64,000 bases of DNA from Lepidodermella squamata (taxonomy: Eukaryota > Animalia > Gastrotricha). Below, one piece after another: positions 1-13,172 of the stretch (its first letter is position 1; each line of letters starts with the position of its first letter). Under the pieces are notes generated by a model. The model ran no database searches. It was not told the DNA's origin and was given only the letters and a program-made list of their open reading frames with translations. The stretch lies in the NCBI GenBank assembly GCA_047495785.1, contig JBLDXI010000003.1, positions 620,001-684,000 of the forward strand, written 5' to 3'. Position numbers and translations under genes: made by a program.

Positions 1-3000
1 GCGATTTCCATCACTTTAGTGGCCGGCATCGATGATGCAATGCTGTTGATGCGCTGAGCAATAGCGCCAAGGTCTGAAACCATTTCGGCTTGTTTCTACA
101 AAGAAAAAATTATGTCTAATCCTCAATTCAAGTCGTCTACAAAGCTAAAAAAGCATGTTGAAAAACACGCAAGGCCACATACCAGAACTGATGTTAACGT
201 TGGAATCGGGGCTTCTGTCACAATAGAACCAGCGGCCACAGATTGGGTTGTGGTTTCAATCGCACTCGACTGGGCAGCTTTTACACTCGATGCTGAAATC
301 AAAGCTGCAGTGGCAACATCTCCCACTTTGTTTAGGAAATCTGTATCAGACATTGCCGCAGCGTTTTTAACCGCCAAAGTCTCAGCCGATGCCGTAGCTT
401 TGGACGCCGTGGATGTCAAACAAGTGGAGCCTTCGAAACCAGCCACACAGCTGCATTTATTCGGACCAGTGCAAGAGCCTCCATTCGCGCATGGAAACTC
501 GCACGTTGGTGTTTGGCAATCATTCCCACTCCAACCTGATAAACATTGGCAGGTATTCGGACCAACACAACGGCCGTTTGAGTTGCAGTTGTTGCAAACC
601 GCAGACGAACATTGGCTACCTGACCAGCCACTAGCGCAAACGCATTGGCCTGGTGATGAGCACGTGCCGCCATTTTGACACGATGGGTCGCAAATGGGAG
701 TGCTGCAAGTCGCCCCGCCCCAACCTGTTTTACAGGTGCAAGTGTTAGGCGATGTACAGTTGCCGTTGACGCAGGCATTGCTGCAGGTCGGAATGGTGCA
801 GTTAGATCCTGACCAACCAGTTGAACATGAGCAGCTTCCCGGCGAGATGCAAGTTCCCTGGGAACAGCCAACACAAACGGCTACATAAAGTTAAGGGATT
901 TTACCATAATTATACTGTCAGGTTTAGTTTTGAAGTCTATACTTACGAGTAGAGCAAGTCGATCCGCTCCAGCCAGTGGTGCAACTGCAGCTATTTGTCC
1001 CAATACAAGTTCCTCCGTTGGCGCACGGAGTAGAACAAGTCGCTGTTGGTATAATTTAAGTAAAACTAATATCTTCAAAAGGAAACTCTTGCTTCTTACT
1101 CGTTGCAGAAGAACCGGAGGAGGAAGCAGAAGAAGAACTGTATGAGGAGCCCGATGAGGACCCAGAAGAAGAGCCCGATGAGGAGCCCGATGAGGACCCA
1201 GAAGAAGAACCGGATGAGGAACCTGATGAGGAACCAGAAGAAGAGCCGGATGAGGAGCCCGATGAGGAACCCGATGAGGAGCCGGATGAGGAGCCAGAAG
1301 AAGAACCCGAGGAGGAGCCCGATGAGGAACCAGAAGAAGAACCCGACGAGGAGCCCGATGAGGAACCAGAAGAAGAACCGGATGAGGAACCGGCATCGGC
1401 TTCGGCACATGTTGCTCCTTTGAAGCCCGCCTTACAGGTACAAGTATTTGGCGCAGTGCAGTTGCCATTCACACACGCAGGATTGCAAACAGCTGCAATT
1501 AATTCAAAACATTAGAAGTTTAATAATAAACCAAGCATTAAGCATTCTGACACTCGGAAGAACACACAGCTAACAAGAAAGCAAAGCCGGTAAGAGGCTA
1601 GAAGCTAGCCAATGTAACATACGTGTTGAACAGTCAGTCCCAGACCAGCCCGTAGCGCACTGGCACGTACCCGGCGCCGTACAGTTACCGCTGTGTTTGC
1701 AGGATGGATAGCAAACAGCTAAGAAAATTCGGAATAACACCTTTGGCCCCGAAAAATATCAGATAAATCTTACGAGTTGAACAGTCAGATCCTGACCATC
1801 CCGTAGCGCACTGGCAAGTTCCGGGTGCCGTGCAGTTGCCCCCATTTTTGCAGACGGTCGAGCATATAGGGGTCGAACATGTAGTCCCGCTCCATCCAGT
1901 CGAGCATGTGCAGGTATTTGGGCTAGAACAATTCCCATTCACGCAGGCGTTCGTGCAAACAGGAATTGCACAAGTGGTCCCGCTCCATCCAGTTGAACAT
2001 GTGCATGTATTCGGACTAGAACAATTCCCATTCACGCAGGCATTCGAACAAATAGGAGTCGCACAAGTCCATCCAGTCCATCCAGAAGGACAGGAGCAAG
2101 AATTTACGTCGAGATTGCTCACGCAGTTTCCACCATTCAAACAGCTCGGGTTGCAAACAACAGTCGAAGCTATGTAACCGTTGATAATTTCCTATAGGCA
2201 TCTATGTTCAAGCCAACACATACCCGTCGAACAAGTCGACCCAGTCCATCCTGTCGGACAAGAGCAGAAATTAGGGCCACTGCATGTTCCCCCGTTGGCG
2301 CAAGCGCTGGAGCAAGTCGCTGTGCGGCAATATTCATTTTAAGAAGCTTTTAGAAGTCGAAATTTCAAATTTCAATCAAACCCGTTGAACAATTCGTTCC
2401 ACTCCATCCGGTCGTGCATTGGCAAGTGTTGGGCGCTGTGCAGTTGCCGTTGACACAACCATTCGTGCAAATTGCTGTATAAACTTTATTACAAAGAAAT
2501 TGATTGATTCAAATGACTCGGCTTACGGGTTTGACACGTTGTGCCAGTCCACTGACTCGTACAAGTGCATGTGTTAGGATTGGAACATGTGCCACCATTG
2601 TTGCATGGATTTACACAAGCAGCTGATAAAGCGAAAGTTACAGAGTTAAAAAAAATCGCGAAAATCGAAGTTCAAATTATTTTTGAAACTCGCAGGAAAA
2701 CTGTAACTCTGCCAAAATTTATCAACTCACGGGTATCACATAGAGTTCCAGTCCAGCCGGTCGGACATTCGCATGTCAGTGATGACGTCGTGCATCTACC
2801 GCCATTTGCGCAGGAAACTAGGCATGTTGCTGAATTATGATCAGAATTAACGTGCCGCTTCACAGAATGTTAAGTCAACTTACGCAGTTGGTAGGTAATA
2901 AAGTCGCTAACAGAGATTTCCTGGGCATCTCTGCCGTTCACTTTAGCAGAGATGCCAACGAAGAGGTCTCGTGATACGTTGAATAGGCGAGACGTAGTTG

Positions 3001-6000
3001 GGTCATCAAATCTAACCGCATCAAACGGCCGCTGACAGCTGTCGACGGTGCAAATTTCCACAGTCAATGTAGCTCCATTGTTTGTCGAGAGCCCTATCTT
3101 CAATTTTTGTTTAGGGCTCATGACCAATGACGATTGAGCCGCGTCGCATCGCGGCTCATATTGGCCGTTTGGCGGAGATCGAATGTATCCAATGCAGAGA
3201 TTTCCGTCGGAATCGACGTTGAAAACGAGGCCAGATATATCGTTGAAGCTCAACTGGTTAGTTAGAGTATTTGTTACGTCGGGTCTCACGATGGTTCTGT
3301 CAGTAACGATTGCGATTAGAAACGAGCAGTCATCGCATTCTTGAGTCATAGATACTGATGTGGTGATGGCGATATCGGTCCAGGATGGGATGGGTTGTTT
3401 GGACCACATTGAGCCGATCAAGTTGTCCTTAGAAGCAAGCCTGAGGCTTCGCCTACGCCTGGATTCGCTCGGATAGACGGCGAAGTTAGCTATATGAAAG
3501 ATCTCGCATTGATGTCTTTCCATTCAAGGTAGTACTTACAGTAATCATCTATACTTGTGAAGGTATGTGATCGCAATATCAATGATTCGTTATACATTGG
3601 CGAAGGAGCTGGATCTGTTTCAAGTCACATGATGTGTATTAATACGGGTAGAAACCACAAATAAATTACTTCTATCACATTCAGGCGCAGTCTCCCATCC
3701 AGAAATGCAGGCGCATCTTTCGGGTTCGACGCAGGCGGCGGAACTCGCACAATCATCAACGCATTGAGCTGCAATTAGCAGGAATAAAAAAAGACGTAAG
3801 GGGACACATCTCTCGGATCTTTGCCATTCGCTATACTTCAATGAGAGCACTAACGAAGGAACCTCAACAACCCTAGCCCAAACTAAGCCTTAGCTTTAGC
3901 CTTAGACTTACGAGTTGCGCAGTGGGGACCGGCCCATCCAGTTGGGCAGGTCGTTTGACTTGTATTTGTCTGTGCAGTCGATCCAATCTGGTAGAACTCC
4001 GTACGAAGAACTGTAACTGAATCGTATTTCGAAACGCCGGTTTCGGCTCCGACTCCAAGGTAAATAGATTCCGTAGAATTTGGCATGAACTTCGCCCCAA
4101 TTTCATTGATTAGCGATGCTTCATAAATCATGTAAGACTCAAAAGCGTTATCGATCCTAGCCTGAATTTTGAATTAACTATTGCAGCTGAATTATTAATC
4201 GTTATTCTTCGAAAACGTACACCAAATTTTTCTCCATTTCGTATGTAAAGCCAAATTCGCATTTTTTGCCGCAGAATCGTGTTATTACGAATACCCTTCG
4301 ATTTAGACGGTGAACAGGCAGGACCGAAAACACCGGCTACAGGCGACAGGACTACGCATGTTTGTTCAATGGCTGGATTGAAGAGGACTGCGACGCCTTG
4401 AAAATTATTCCAATCAACCATGTAAGCCTTCTGTGTATCGTTGGTCTGATTGTCGCGAACAATCACGCTTGCTGGAACTAGAAAAATGCCGAAGCCATAT
4501 CCTTTCGTACCATTACGGCCTACTTCAATCGTCAGCAGAAGATCTAAATCGGATTGTTTGACAGGCTGGAAAAAGAAATATTACTGATCGCTTTCTCCGT
4601 GAAAATAGGAAACTCACAGCTTTCGTCCACATTGAAGATCGCTGTTTAGCAGCCTGATATTGGACGAGCGTGACGTTTTCGTTAGGAGGCTGTGAAGCGT
4701 ATATATCCCAATAACCCTTGCTCGCCTCAGATGTGTAAGAAGCCCTATCACTAAGAGTGCCTTCTGACAGAAAGTTTGAAGTTGTGCATGTATCAGCTGG
4801 CGACCAGCCGGTTAAACACTGACATTTATCCGGAGATACACAATAGGCATTAAGACTGCATGGAGTGCTACAACTCGGCACAGCTACAGGAAGGTTAAAA
4901 TAAACGATAGAGTGATAACATAGAGCAAAAACTCACCACAAGTGTCGCCAAGCCAACCTGATGGGCAGCTGCATTTATTTGTCACAGTATTACAAGTTCC
5001 GCCGTTTAGACAGTTGCAAGGATCTTGAAGTTCTGACGTTTGAGAGCACGTAATAGGGAAACAAACAAGTTACCTTGCGTTGCGCAGGTTGGCCCAGTCC
5101 AACCCTGAGAGCAGAGGCAAGTTCCGAATTCGGAGCAACGGCCTCCATTCGCGCAACCGGTTGGGGGGTTGCACATGGCTACCAATTTCATGTTAGAAAG
5201 CAAGACAGACGACGGTGATCCGTCGGGAACTACGCCTCCTAATCCTAAGAGAAGTGGGCGAAACTTGTCAGCCATCAAACTTTCCCCTCCTAGAGTGACC
5301 AATGAAGGATTGGCAGTGCAAGTGCCCGAGCTGGAACATATAGAAACTGAGATGCTTGTGCCATTATTTCGAACAGTGAATGCAACGATAACGGCGTCGC
5401 TGAAGTAGGTGGATGGGACCGCTAAAGAGAACAACTGTTTGCTCGCATCGCAAACCATCTCATAAGAAGTGAAAGTTGGATCTGGCGTCGCTACCAAACG
5501 AGCGCAGGTGACGTTTAACGAAGGCCGTATCAAAACAAATAGCCCCGTTGCTGTGGGAAAATCAAGGCCGAGAGTTTTTGTTGGTTGGAAAACTCGTTCT
5601 ATAGCCGTTGAATTCTGAACGAACATCAGCATTATGTCCTGACGTTTGCCTGAGCTCAAGCTGGTTTGCTCGACCGTAAATCTCGTATACCAGTCGAAAC
5701 TTCCGATGGCCAAAGTCTAGGATTGATTTTACATTTCCGGTTATAAGAGCCCTGTTTACTGGAAATTGTGAACTACCTTCTTGCTCCACATTGAGTTTTT
5801 CTCATACATTGGCGACCCCCCACTTCCGCATCGAATGTTGCCAGCATTTACGCGCGCTGAGCTCGTATAGAAATCCCATCTCGAATTCAATACGTCTGGC
5901 TGACTAGCAGCCGCGATAATCTCAGCCCATGTTGCTTGAAACGCGACAACAGCCGTCATATTGCCTGATGGGGTCTGGCAAGTTGACCCCAGCCAACCTA

Positions 6001-7168
6001 ACGGGCATTTACACGTTCCATCCAATTTGCATTCCCCGTCGTTGCTGCAAGGCGTAGCACAACCTAAGCAAATAACATTTTATAAGAATAATAAGAGAAA
6101 TTTAGATTGGACATGAAATTTACTAGATCCGACAGAAATATTTGAAATTTTGACGTAGCCAGACGGCGTAGCGTAACCAGCAAAGCCGAGAACGAGGTTA
6201 GCTGCTGTAGTGAATTGGGATGTTGCAGCGAATGGAGTAGCAGAGTTTCCCTCGCTGCACCGGTTGTCCTGATTGCAGACCTTGACGTAAACACTTCGAC
6301 CGTCAGTAATCGTCATATTGACTGTAGCCTGAGAATACGCTGCGCCGGTTACGCTCATAACAAGGTTAGCTGCTGGAACTGAACATGTATCTGTTGCTGA
6401 TGAGTAGGAGAGTAACAGCGGCGTTGCGGTGTAGATCACGCACCATTGTCCGCTAGGCTTCAGGTAGAAAACGAGGCCGGTTAAGCTGGATGTCGTGACT
6501 CCGAACGGGGATAAGAACGCTGTTCCTGGAACGCGCAGAATGGAAGTGCCGTCTGTTATCATGAATACCATCAGGTCCTGGTATGCACTTGCAGAGGCGA
6601 CCTCATTCGTCGCTTGCCGCTTTCGCCGTCGCTTGTCAAGAGAATTATTGTTATCCGTGTGAGATTGCGACATGTCCGGGCTGTTACTATGATTTGCCGT
6701 GTTATTGGCAGATGCTTGGCTTGGCGATAAAGTGGTTTGACTTGCACTCGAGCTGGCACCATCAACCATCACTTTGAACGTTAAGGTGAAAGAGCCTGCT
6801 GCAAGTTTCTGAAGGGCGCAAAGTCAACATACAAAATCCTTCATAACTTTGACTTACAGCGACGCTCCACATAGATTTAGATTCGTAGCCTGAACCTGCC
6901 GTTCCGAGGCTGACATAGTTATCTGATTGAACGAAAGCTGAACTGGAACTCGGATAGAAATTCCAGCGTAGAGCAGCTGCAGATCCAGCCCCTAATAGAA
7001 TTTCCGAATTCGAAAAGGATAGATCAGTGAAAAAAGCCGTCGCATTGTCTAACAAAAAGGATCCTTATACTATATCGCCCAACATGCGAGAAACTTCATA
7101 CCGCTGTTCACAACTTGAAATCGGGAGATGACGCAAAAACCAAGTAGTATTATTCCGCGAAGATACAT
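1..7168 (-). CDS. Multi-exon secreted/membrane protein: signal peptide, four L-type (legume/ConA-like) lectin-like domains interleaved with EGF repeats, an EGF array, a Ser/Gly tract and an Ala/Ser-rich helical region; 3' end beyond the window
   Basis: ATG at 7168 gives [22 protein letters not shown] (signal-peptide-like). Exon 1 is 7168-7102 with a GT donor, exon 2 is 7048-6858. Many EGF repeats (C.NG.C..P..C.C..GW.G..C). Four related domains carry SMWS/SMWT motifs (about 6870, 5790, 4630, 3405), one followed by [15 protein letters not shown]. The last exon (95-1) is open in frame ([18 protein letters not shown]...). Confidence 0.85.
1107..1392 (-). repeat. Coding 12-nt tandem repeat, (Ser-Ser-Ser-Gly)n, inside the EGF/lectin gene
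   Basis: Units such as gatgaggagccc/gaagaagaaccc on +; ORF 1056..1472 (-) translates CAEADAG(SSSG)n directly after an EGF repeat. Confidence 0.95.
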
Positions 7169-8067
7169 TTTACTCGAAAATGTTACATTCACGCAATTAA
7201 GTCGAACACACCCGATAGAACACCGGATAAAAAACCGCTTCGATTTCCGCTATTTTAGGGCACAATGTTGATCCTTGTTTCTTGGCGTTGCGACCCCGAG
7301 TTGTTAAGGTTCGTTTCATTGTTTTTGGATCAATACCAAACGCACGCTATTTATATGTGTTATGCTTTATGAATTTGGGTGGTTTTAATGAAAGTTTAAT
7401 GGCGGCAAATCGAGTGGCGCAAAATCTTTTGTACCTTAGTTTTCGATGGAAAAAACACTCCCTCTCGTGCCTTCTAATCGTGAATAATTCATGGAGAAGA
7501 TCTTCGAAGTGATGTTTGAGCATAACCTTTATCTTCATCAAAGGCCCAAGCAGATAATAATAAAACAGCTACGTTTCGCTTATTATTTCGTTATACTTTT
7601 TTCGAAAACAATTGAACAGACAGATGTGTGTATACAAGCGGTGTAACGATCCAGTAGAATTGAATTGAATTACATATGAGAATAGCAGCGTTCCCAAGTG
7701 ATGGCTATTATTAATAAATCATCTACTTTCGAACGTCTATGTCTCGAAATGGGATTTTCACTGCGGATAATGTAATTTTCTATTCAGGGAGTGTCTGGGA
7801 TTTTCGGCTCACCGAGGGATGCCTCGGTGAGGCCGTTGTAATTGCTTCTCAAAGCTTTAACCTAGCTTCAGGTAGGATCGCTGCTGCTGCTGCTACTGGA
7901 TCCATCAAAATCGCGAATGATCGAAACTGGGTCGCAGCTATCGTCAATCTAATGAAGAGTTTCTAGAAACAAACATACAGATGTAACTCTTCAATATCTT
8001 GAAACTCCACATTAAATTGATGACTCCAATACGCGTGTGTGTAAAACGGTCAAGTGCTTTGTGTATG

Positions 8068-8537
8068 TCGTAGTCTAATAAGCAATTTAGTTGGATTCAG
8101 AATCCAACTAGTTTAATAGGCAAACTTTTCAAAAACTAGTTTATAAGGCAATCAAACACATTTATTGCGCAAAACATTACCTCCCTGTAGAGGGGCTGAG
8201 GTTTTGAACAACCAACTCGATTGATAGCGTCAAACAGTGTTAGAAATGCATTTTTGGGAATTTTTGAGCCATATTTCAATTAAGAAAATTAAATTTTGTT
8301 AGGTGGAGTCATTGCACTCGCAGCAAAATAAAAGAGACAGAACAGCCAAGAAAACCACTCCAGACCTTCTTCTGGGCTGAGTTCTCTAAATTTTCGCCGA
8401 ATTGCCTAATAGTTTGACATTTGATCCAATGCTTGGTATAAGATCGATTATTACAAGATATTAAACTAGTTTTTTGAGCAAATTGGCAAAAAACTAGTTG
8501 GATTCCCAATCCAACTAAATTGCTTATTAGACTACGA
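8068..8537. mobile_element. MITE (non-autonomous DNA transposon)
   Basis: tcgtagtctaataagcaatttagttgga at 8068 is the reverse complement of tccaactaaattgcttattagactacga ending at 8537; AT-rich non-coding interior. Confidence 0.8.
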
Positions 8538-8940
8538 AATGTATAAACATGGTATAAATGTTGGGCCCGAGTCCGATTTCTCGGAAACAGCACTTTACCA
8601 CTCCGGGTTTAGCCTGGAAATTGATACAGTTACGGGTAGTACGTTATTTGTAGAAGGACCCAAGCCCGGCGGCCTGATTCCAGACGCCCGAGCCTATTGT
8701 TCTCCGCCGTGCTCGGGCCGATACCTAGATCGGCCCATGTGCGGTGACGCGCGATTCTTTCGAATTTTTTCAATTTACAGTAAACGTCGCATACGTGCAC
8801 TTATAGACCGGCCCGAGCGCGGAGTAGTAAAGTGCTACGGCCCAGCCGCATACGGGCTGCTTATTTTTATTTCGTGTTGAAACACCCAAAACAAAAAAAT
8901 CGACCGTCCAAGATTTTATTCAGAAAAAATTTAATATGCA

Positions 8941-11633
8941 TTACAGTGCCAGCATTTTTGAAAGTAAAGCTTCAGCAATGGTTTTCTTTTCCAGTTCAAT
9001 AGCAATATCTATTGCACATTTTCCGTCCAAATTTCTCGCCGAAAACAAAGTCGCATCTCGTTCAGCAACGAAGTCAATATATCGCCGCACCTGTTCAACG
9101 CCCAAATCAAACGCGACGCATCGATGCAACACCGTATTACCGGCTTCGTCTCGCTCGCCGAGATTAGCACCATGATCGACAAGGATCGCCGCACATTCGC
9201 TGCAGACAAAACAATCCAGTATGGGCGAGTGAAAATTCGGGTCCGCCCCGAATTCTTCTATCAGGCATCGGACAACTTCCGGCTGCTCCAGCTGGCAGGC
9301 AGTGTGGAGGGCTGTCTGGCCAAATTTATTCACCTCATTCAGCATATCTGGGTGGCGGCTCAATATAAACCGAACGCCTTCGATCGAGCCAAGCTCAGCA
9401 CAAGCATTATGCAGCACATTAGGGTACATTGCCTTGAAAGTTGCGCGAAGATTCGCCCCTTTCTCGACCAGATACTCGACTATTTCCATCGAATGAGAGA
9501 AGGCTAGAAGAACCGGGGTAGAGTCGCATTTGGTTCTAGCTTCGATGTCGGCGCCACACTCTTCAACTAGAAATTTGATCATTTTCATAGCGACTTCGAT
9601 GCCCGCCTCGCCTTCGTCGGCATGCCACATAGCCCTGGCAAGAGGCACATATCCTGAGGAGCATTCCACTTTGACATTGAGATGGTCAGGGCAGTGCTTG
9701 AAGATATATCTGAACGAATTTGTATATGCCATCCATAGAGAAAAAAATGACCAGAGTAAGCTAAAATTTTGATCTGCATTATTAAATCGAGTGCTTTCTC
9801 AAAACGGATATCTCCGTTTTTCACCAAATTTGCATGCATATAGAACACGAGCTGCTCTTTCGCGTGGTATATGATTTGAGGTGGGCAATTTCTGCTCATC
9901 AAAATAAATGAAACCATAGTGAAAAAGAGGTTTTTGTATCGTAACAGCGGTTGCGTTGCCCACCTCAAATCTTACACCACGCGAAAGAGCAGCTCGCGTT
10001 CTATATGCAGGCAAAATTTGGTGAAAAAGTTACTTTTGAGAAATTCAACTTTGACTAAAAATGAAGGCTTAGCTTGAGTGCTTATTCTGGTCATTTTTCT
10101 CTATGATGCCATCTTAATAAACTATGATTCATCTTCTTTACCTCACAGTTTCAATGTCGCCACTCCCAACAGCTGCGTAGAAAAGGGTTTCGTTGGCGTG
10201 CCATTCGTTCAGTTTAGCCCCTTTCTCATGCAGAAACTTGACAACGCCAACCCTGCCGCTTCTAGCCGCCGAAAACATAGCTAGAGTCAAAACTTTCGGA
10301 CCCGAAATTGACATGACATTCTTCTCCTCGACTAAGAACTTTACAAGGTCCAGGTGGCCTCGTTTCGCAGCCTGAGTGAAAATCGATTGTCCCTTCTCAT
10401 TTTCAGCCTTTAGGAGATCACTATCGACCTCATCGAGGAAAAACTTCGCCGTATCAACGCTAGATACGAAATGAATTGCCGCGGATTTATTCTTGAAGCG
10501 ATCAGTCGCGTAGACATCCGCTCCATTTTTGACAAGAAATCTGGCCAGGTTGGCAGCCGAATCTTCTTGGCTAGCAGCAACCTGCATCAAGGCAGTTTTA
10601 CGCCAATTATCCAGGACATCGCGGTGGTTCGCCAAGAAGATTTTGGCACTGCGCGATAGCTGCTTTCGAGCGAACAAGCGCCGCACAAAATCAAAATCGC
10701 CTGTTTTACAGGCGTCGTGAAACTGAATTAGATCAGTCGGGATCTAAGAGCCATTTTGAAGTCATTTCACCAATTAAATTTCGCAAAATGTCACCTTCAT
10801 TTTCGGAGTTTCTAGGCTAGCGTCTTGCTCATCTAACATTTGAATCTGCAATCAGGCAATTGAACTAATCAGGAATGCAAAAACTTCTAAAAAGAACCTT
10901 TCGATCTATTTCCAATGCCAGGTCATAGATTTCGATGAATTCGCCTACAGGGCTGTAAATTGGCGATATTGAGTCCATGGCCTTCAGCTTCATATTTAAA
11001 GCTTGAATCATCACTGGCAATTCATCGGAGATCTGCCGAAGATCTTCCAGAGCTTTGGTTTCCATAGCAACGGGTTCACTCTCCAAAATGCTTGCGAATT
11101 TCGCCTTCGCGTTGACACTGCGCTCTTCAACCTGTTAAAACTTGATAATGCTGCCAAGAACCAGTTCTGTCACTCACCCCTGACCAAATAATGTTAACTT
11201 CGAGCTTCAGCATCTCAATATGAGAAACAATGCAGACAGCGCACAGCTTTTGGTCGCAGTGCGAGCATAAAATAGCCGAATCTGGAGCCGTGAATGTAGG
11301 GACGTGCTGGCAATGCTCGCCGAAATTTTTCTCGTCCCACAAATACGTCAGTTCTTCCGGCGGGGATTTGAACATTTTGTACGATTTTCGGCCTAAAAAT
11401 GCTGGCCCGTCAATGGCTCGAACAACCTTAGCCAGCGTCTTGTTAGAGCTCAACTGGTCGTCGGCTTTGCGTTTCTTTAGTTGCGGTTGTGGAAAACGGC
11501 ACACAGGGCAGGTGAAAACGCCCTCATTTTTAAAGAGGATTCCAGCCACGCAGCCTCTACATAACGAATGATTGCATTTCGGCAAGATGACTGGCTCGTA
11601 AAAGTTCTTCCAGCAAACAGGACAATCCAAGGC
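8941..11633 (-). CDS. RING + B-box-like + coiled-coil + ankyrin-repeat protein (TRIM-like putative E3 ligase); first coding exon not located
   Basis: Exons 11633-11178 (C3HC4 RING CPVC..CNHSLCRGC..CPVC; CQH..CSHCDQKLCAVCIVSH), 11131-10898, 10845-10795, 10743-10142 and 9709-8941. GT-AG junctions are phase-compatible. Ankyrin motifs include GQTALHTAC, GNTVLHRC and AAKRGHLDLVKFLVE. Stop at 8941-8943. Confidence 0.85.
9730..10110. mobile_element. Palindromic MITE in an intron of the RING-ankyrin gene
   Basis: Long inverted arms: ttttcaccaaattt...gagctgctctttcgcgtggt...tttgaggtgggcaa versus its reverse complement at about 9956-10028. Outer arms are catagagaaaaaaatgaccag / ctggtcatttttctctatg. Related fragments occur at about 11800 and 35490. 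Confidence 0.8.
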
Positions 11634-11894
11634 CTGACATAAAGTACAATGAAGAGGGGTTATTTCAGGGAGGTTTATTTTGAAATGCTAAGTTTTAGTG
11701 ATTCTGCCATATATGTCGATTAGGGAACCATATGATAACCCAGGAAAATACCTGAGTGTGTTTAATGCACAACAATTACCCAAAAATAGTAGGAAAATCA
11801 TAGATAACAATGAACAGATGACCAGAGCTATCACTCAAGCTCAAACTTTGAAGCTGAAATTAAAGTGCGAAGCGTTTATTAAGCGAAGGGGCAC

Positions 11895-12190
11895 ACAGTA
11901 TTTCAGTGGATACCTGTCTACTGTGCATTGAGCGTCAAGATCGATGGGCATGAGTTCGATCCCCACCCAGTTCGACAATGGTTAAGCAATGACGCTCTAC
12001 CCCGACGGTGGCTGACCACTCCATCGTGTTACAAAAGTGAAAAGTGGTAGATTAGAAGTGCAAAAGCGAGACTGCGCTAATCGCTACCTAGCTGTCCTGA
12101 AACCCAAACAAGCGACACTAAGAGCGCTCATTCGGGACCCATGGCCTCGGCCCATCCATTCAAGGACGTCTCAAAAATAAAAAATAACAA
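11895..12190 (+). mobile_element. Putative tRNA-derived SINE
   Basis: B-box-like gagttcgatcccc at about 11952, body of about 300 bp, A-rich tail aaaaataaaaaataa. Confidence 0.45.
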
Positions 12191-12231
12191 GGAATTTCCA
12201 TTTTTAAGCAAAAGTTGAGCCATCAACCTAC

Positions 12232-12906
12232 CTAAAGTTTTCCGCTAGTTGAATTTCAGCTCCTTCTTCAGCACGGGTGTTTCATTCAGGTCTTCTTTTC
12301 CTAGACCTCTTGTATTGGGGAAACAATACCCCTCAGTCTCTCTACAGTCTGTCGAACTTAGTAAAAGCACGTTTCCCAGGATTTTCGGTAATAGCACATG
12401 TCACAGGTCAACCACATTCAAATTCAGCCCGAATTTCCGTAAAAAATAAATGTAATAGGTCGCTGAACTTACAGATAATAGACTGCCGTTGAAATCGAGC
12501 GACTGATAAGCAGGCGGCAAATCACAATTGTTCTGCATTTTTATGCAGCAAACCCGATCAAACGACAGAGATGAATGCTGCAACTCCAAAGTAGCACATA
12601 TAGTCTAAATTACAAGATACTTTAAGAAAACAGCAATATAGACCATGTTTATGCCAAGGTGAAATCAAACGTTCACCCGACGTTCTCCTTCCATTTTCCC
12701 AACTAAGAATCATGTGCAATTGCTTGAAGTAACAGTCATAAACAGCGATTCTTTTGGTTTTCAAAGGGAGACTTTCCAATTGTCGGCGAATTGGCGAACT
12801 GTATAGACGAGATATGGTTATCATTCCATATCTCGTCTTTCTCGTCACAATTGTCTTTCCATCGATTGAACGAAAATCGCGATATTATAGCGATATCAGA
12901 TATCAT
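12232..12906 (-). pseudogene. Decayed exon of an unidentified gene family (paralog at 39.3-39.7 kb)
   Basis: Acceptor ttttag at 12907. Fragments KRIAVYDCYFKQLHMILSW..GLYCCFLKV and MQNNCDLPPAYQSLDFNGSLLSVSS lie in different frames with stops; they align with ORF 39267..39707. Confidence 0.6.
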
Positions 12907-13085
12907 CTAAAAAGAGAAAATATGATTAGAATAAATTATACCGAGAATAAAAAGGAATACAATTTACATCTCCAATGATAAAACATTAGTCCTCGTAATT
13001 TCTTTGTAGTTCACTTCAGTTTACTCTCCAAACCTTAATTTTATTACTCCCGACGCAGCCTCAAATTGTTTTAATCAGTCAATGT

Positions 13086-13172
13086 AATATCGAACCCAAG
13101 TTAGGTTCAACACCGAGGCTCTCTATCTACGCTCGAACCGCTGCCTTTAACCCATGACACAGATCAGGTCTC
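13086..13172 (-). mobile_element. tRNA-like/SINE head fragment (second copy at 40096-40183)
   Basis: Two similar copies of about 87 bp; the - strand of the second reads ...gggggttcaacctaacttggg (B-box-like). Confidence 0.35.

Noticed and set aside
112-2177. + strand ORFs 112..678, 1103..1423 and 1830..2177, and alternative-frame ORFs 881..1468 and 1096..1410
   Set aside because: Shadow frames of EGF exons and of the SSSG repeat.
11895-11990. tRNA gene (also 13086-13172, 40096-40183, about 44610-44665)
   Set aside because: B-box-like motif only; no complete cloverleaf could be drawn, so a SINE origin is more likely.
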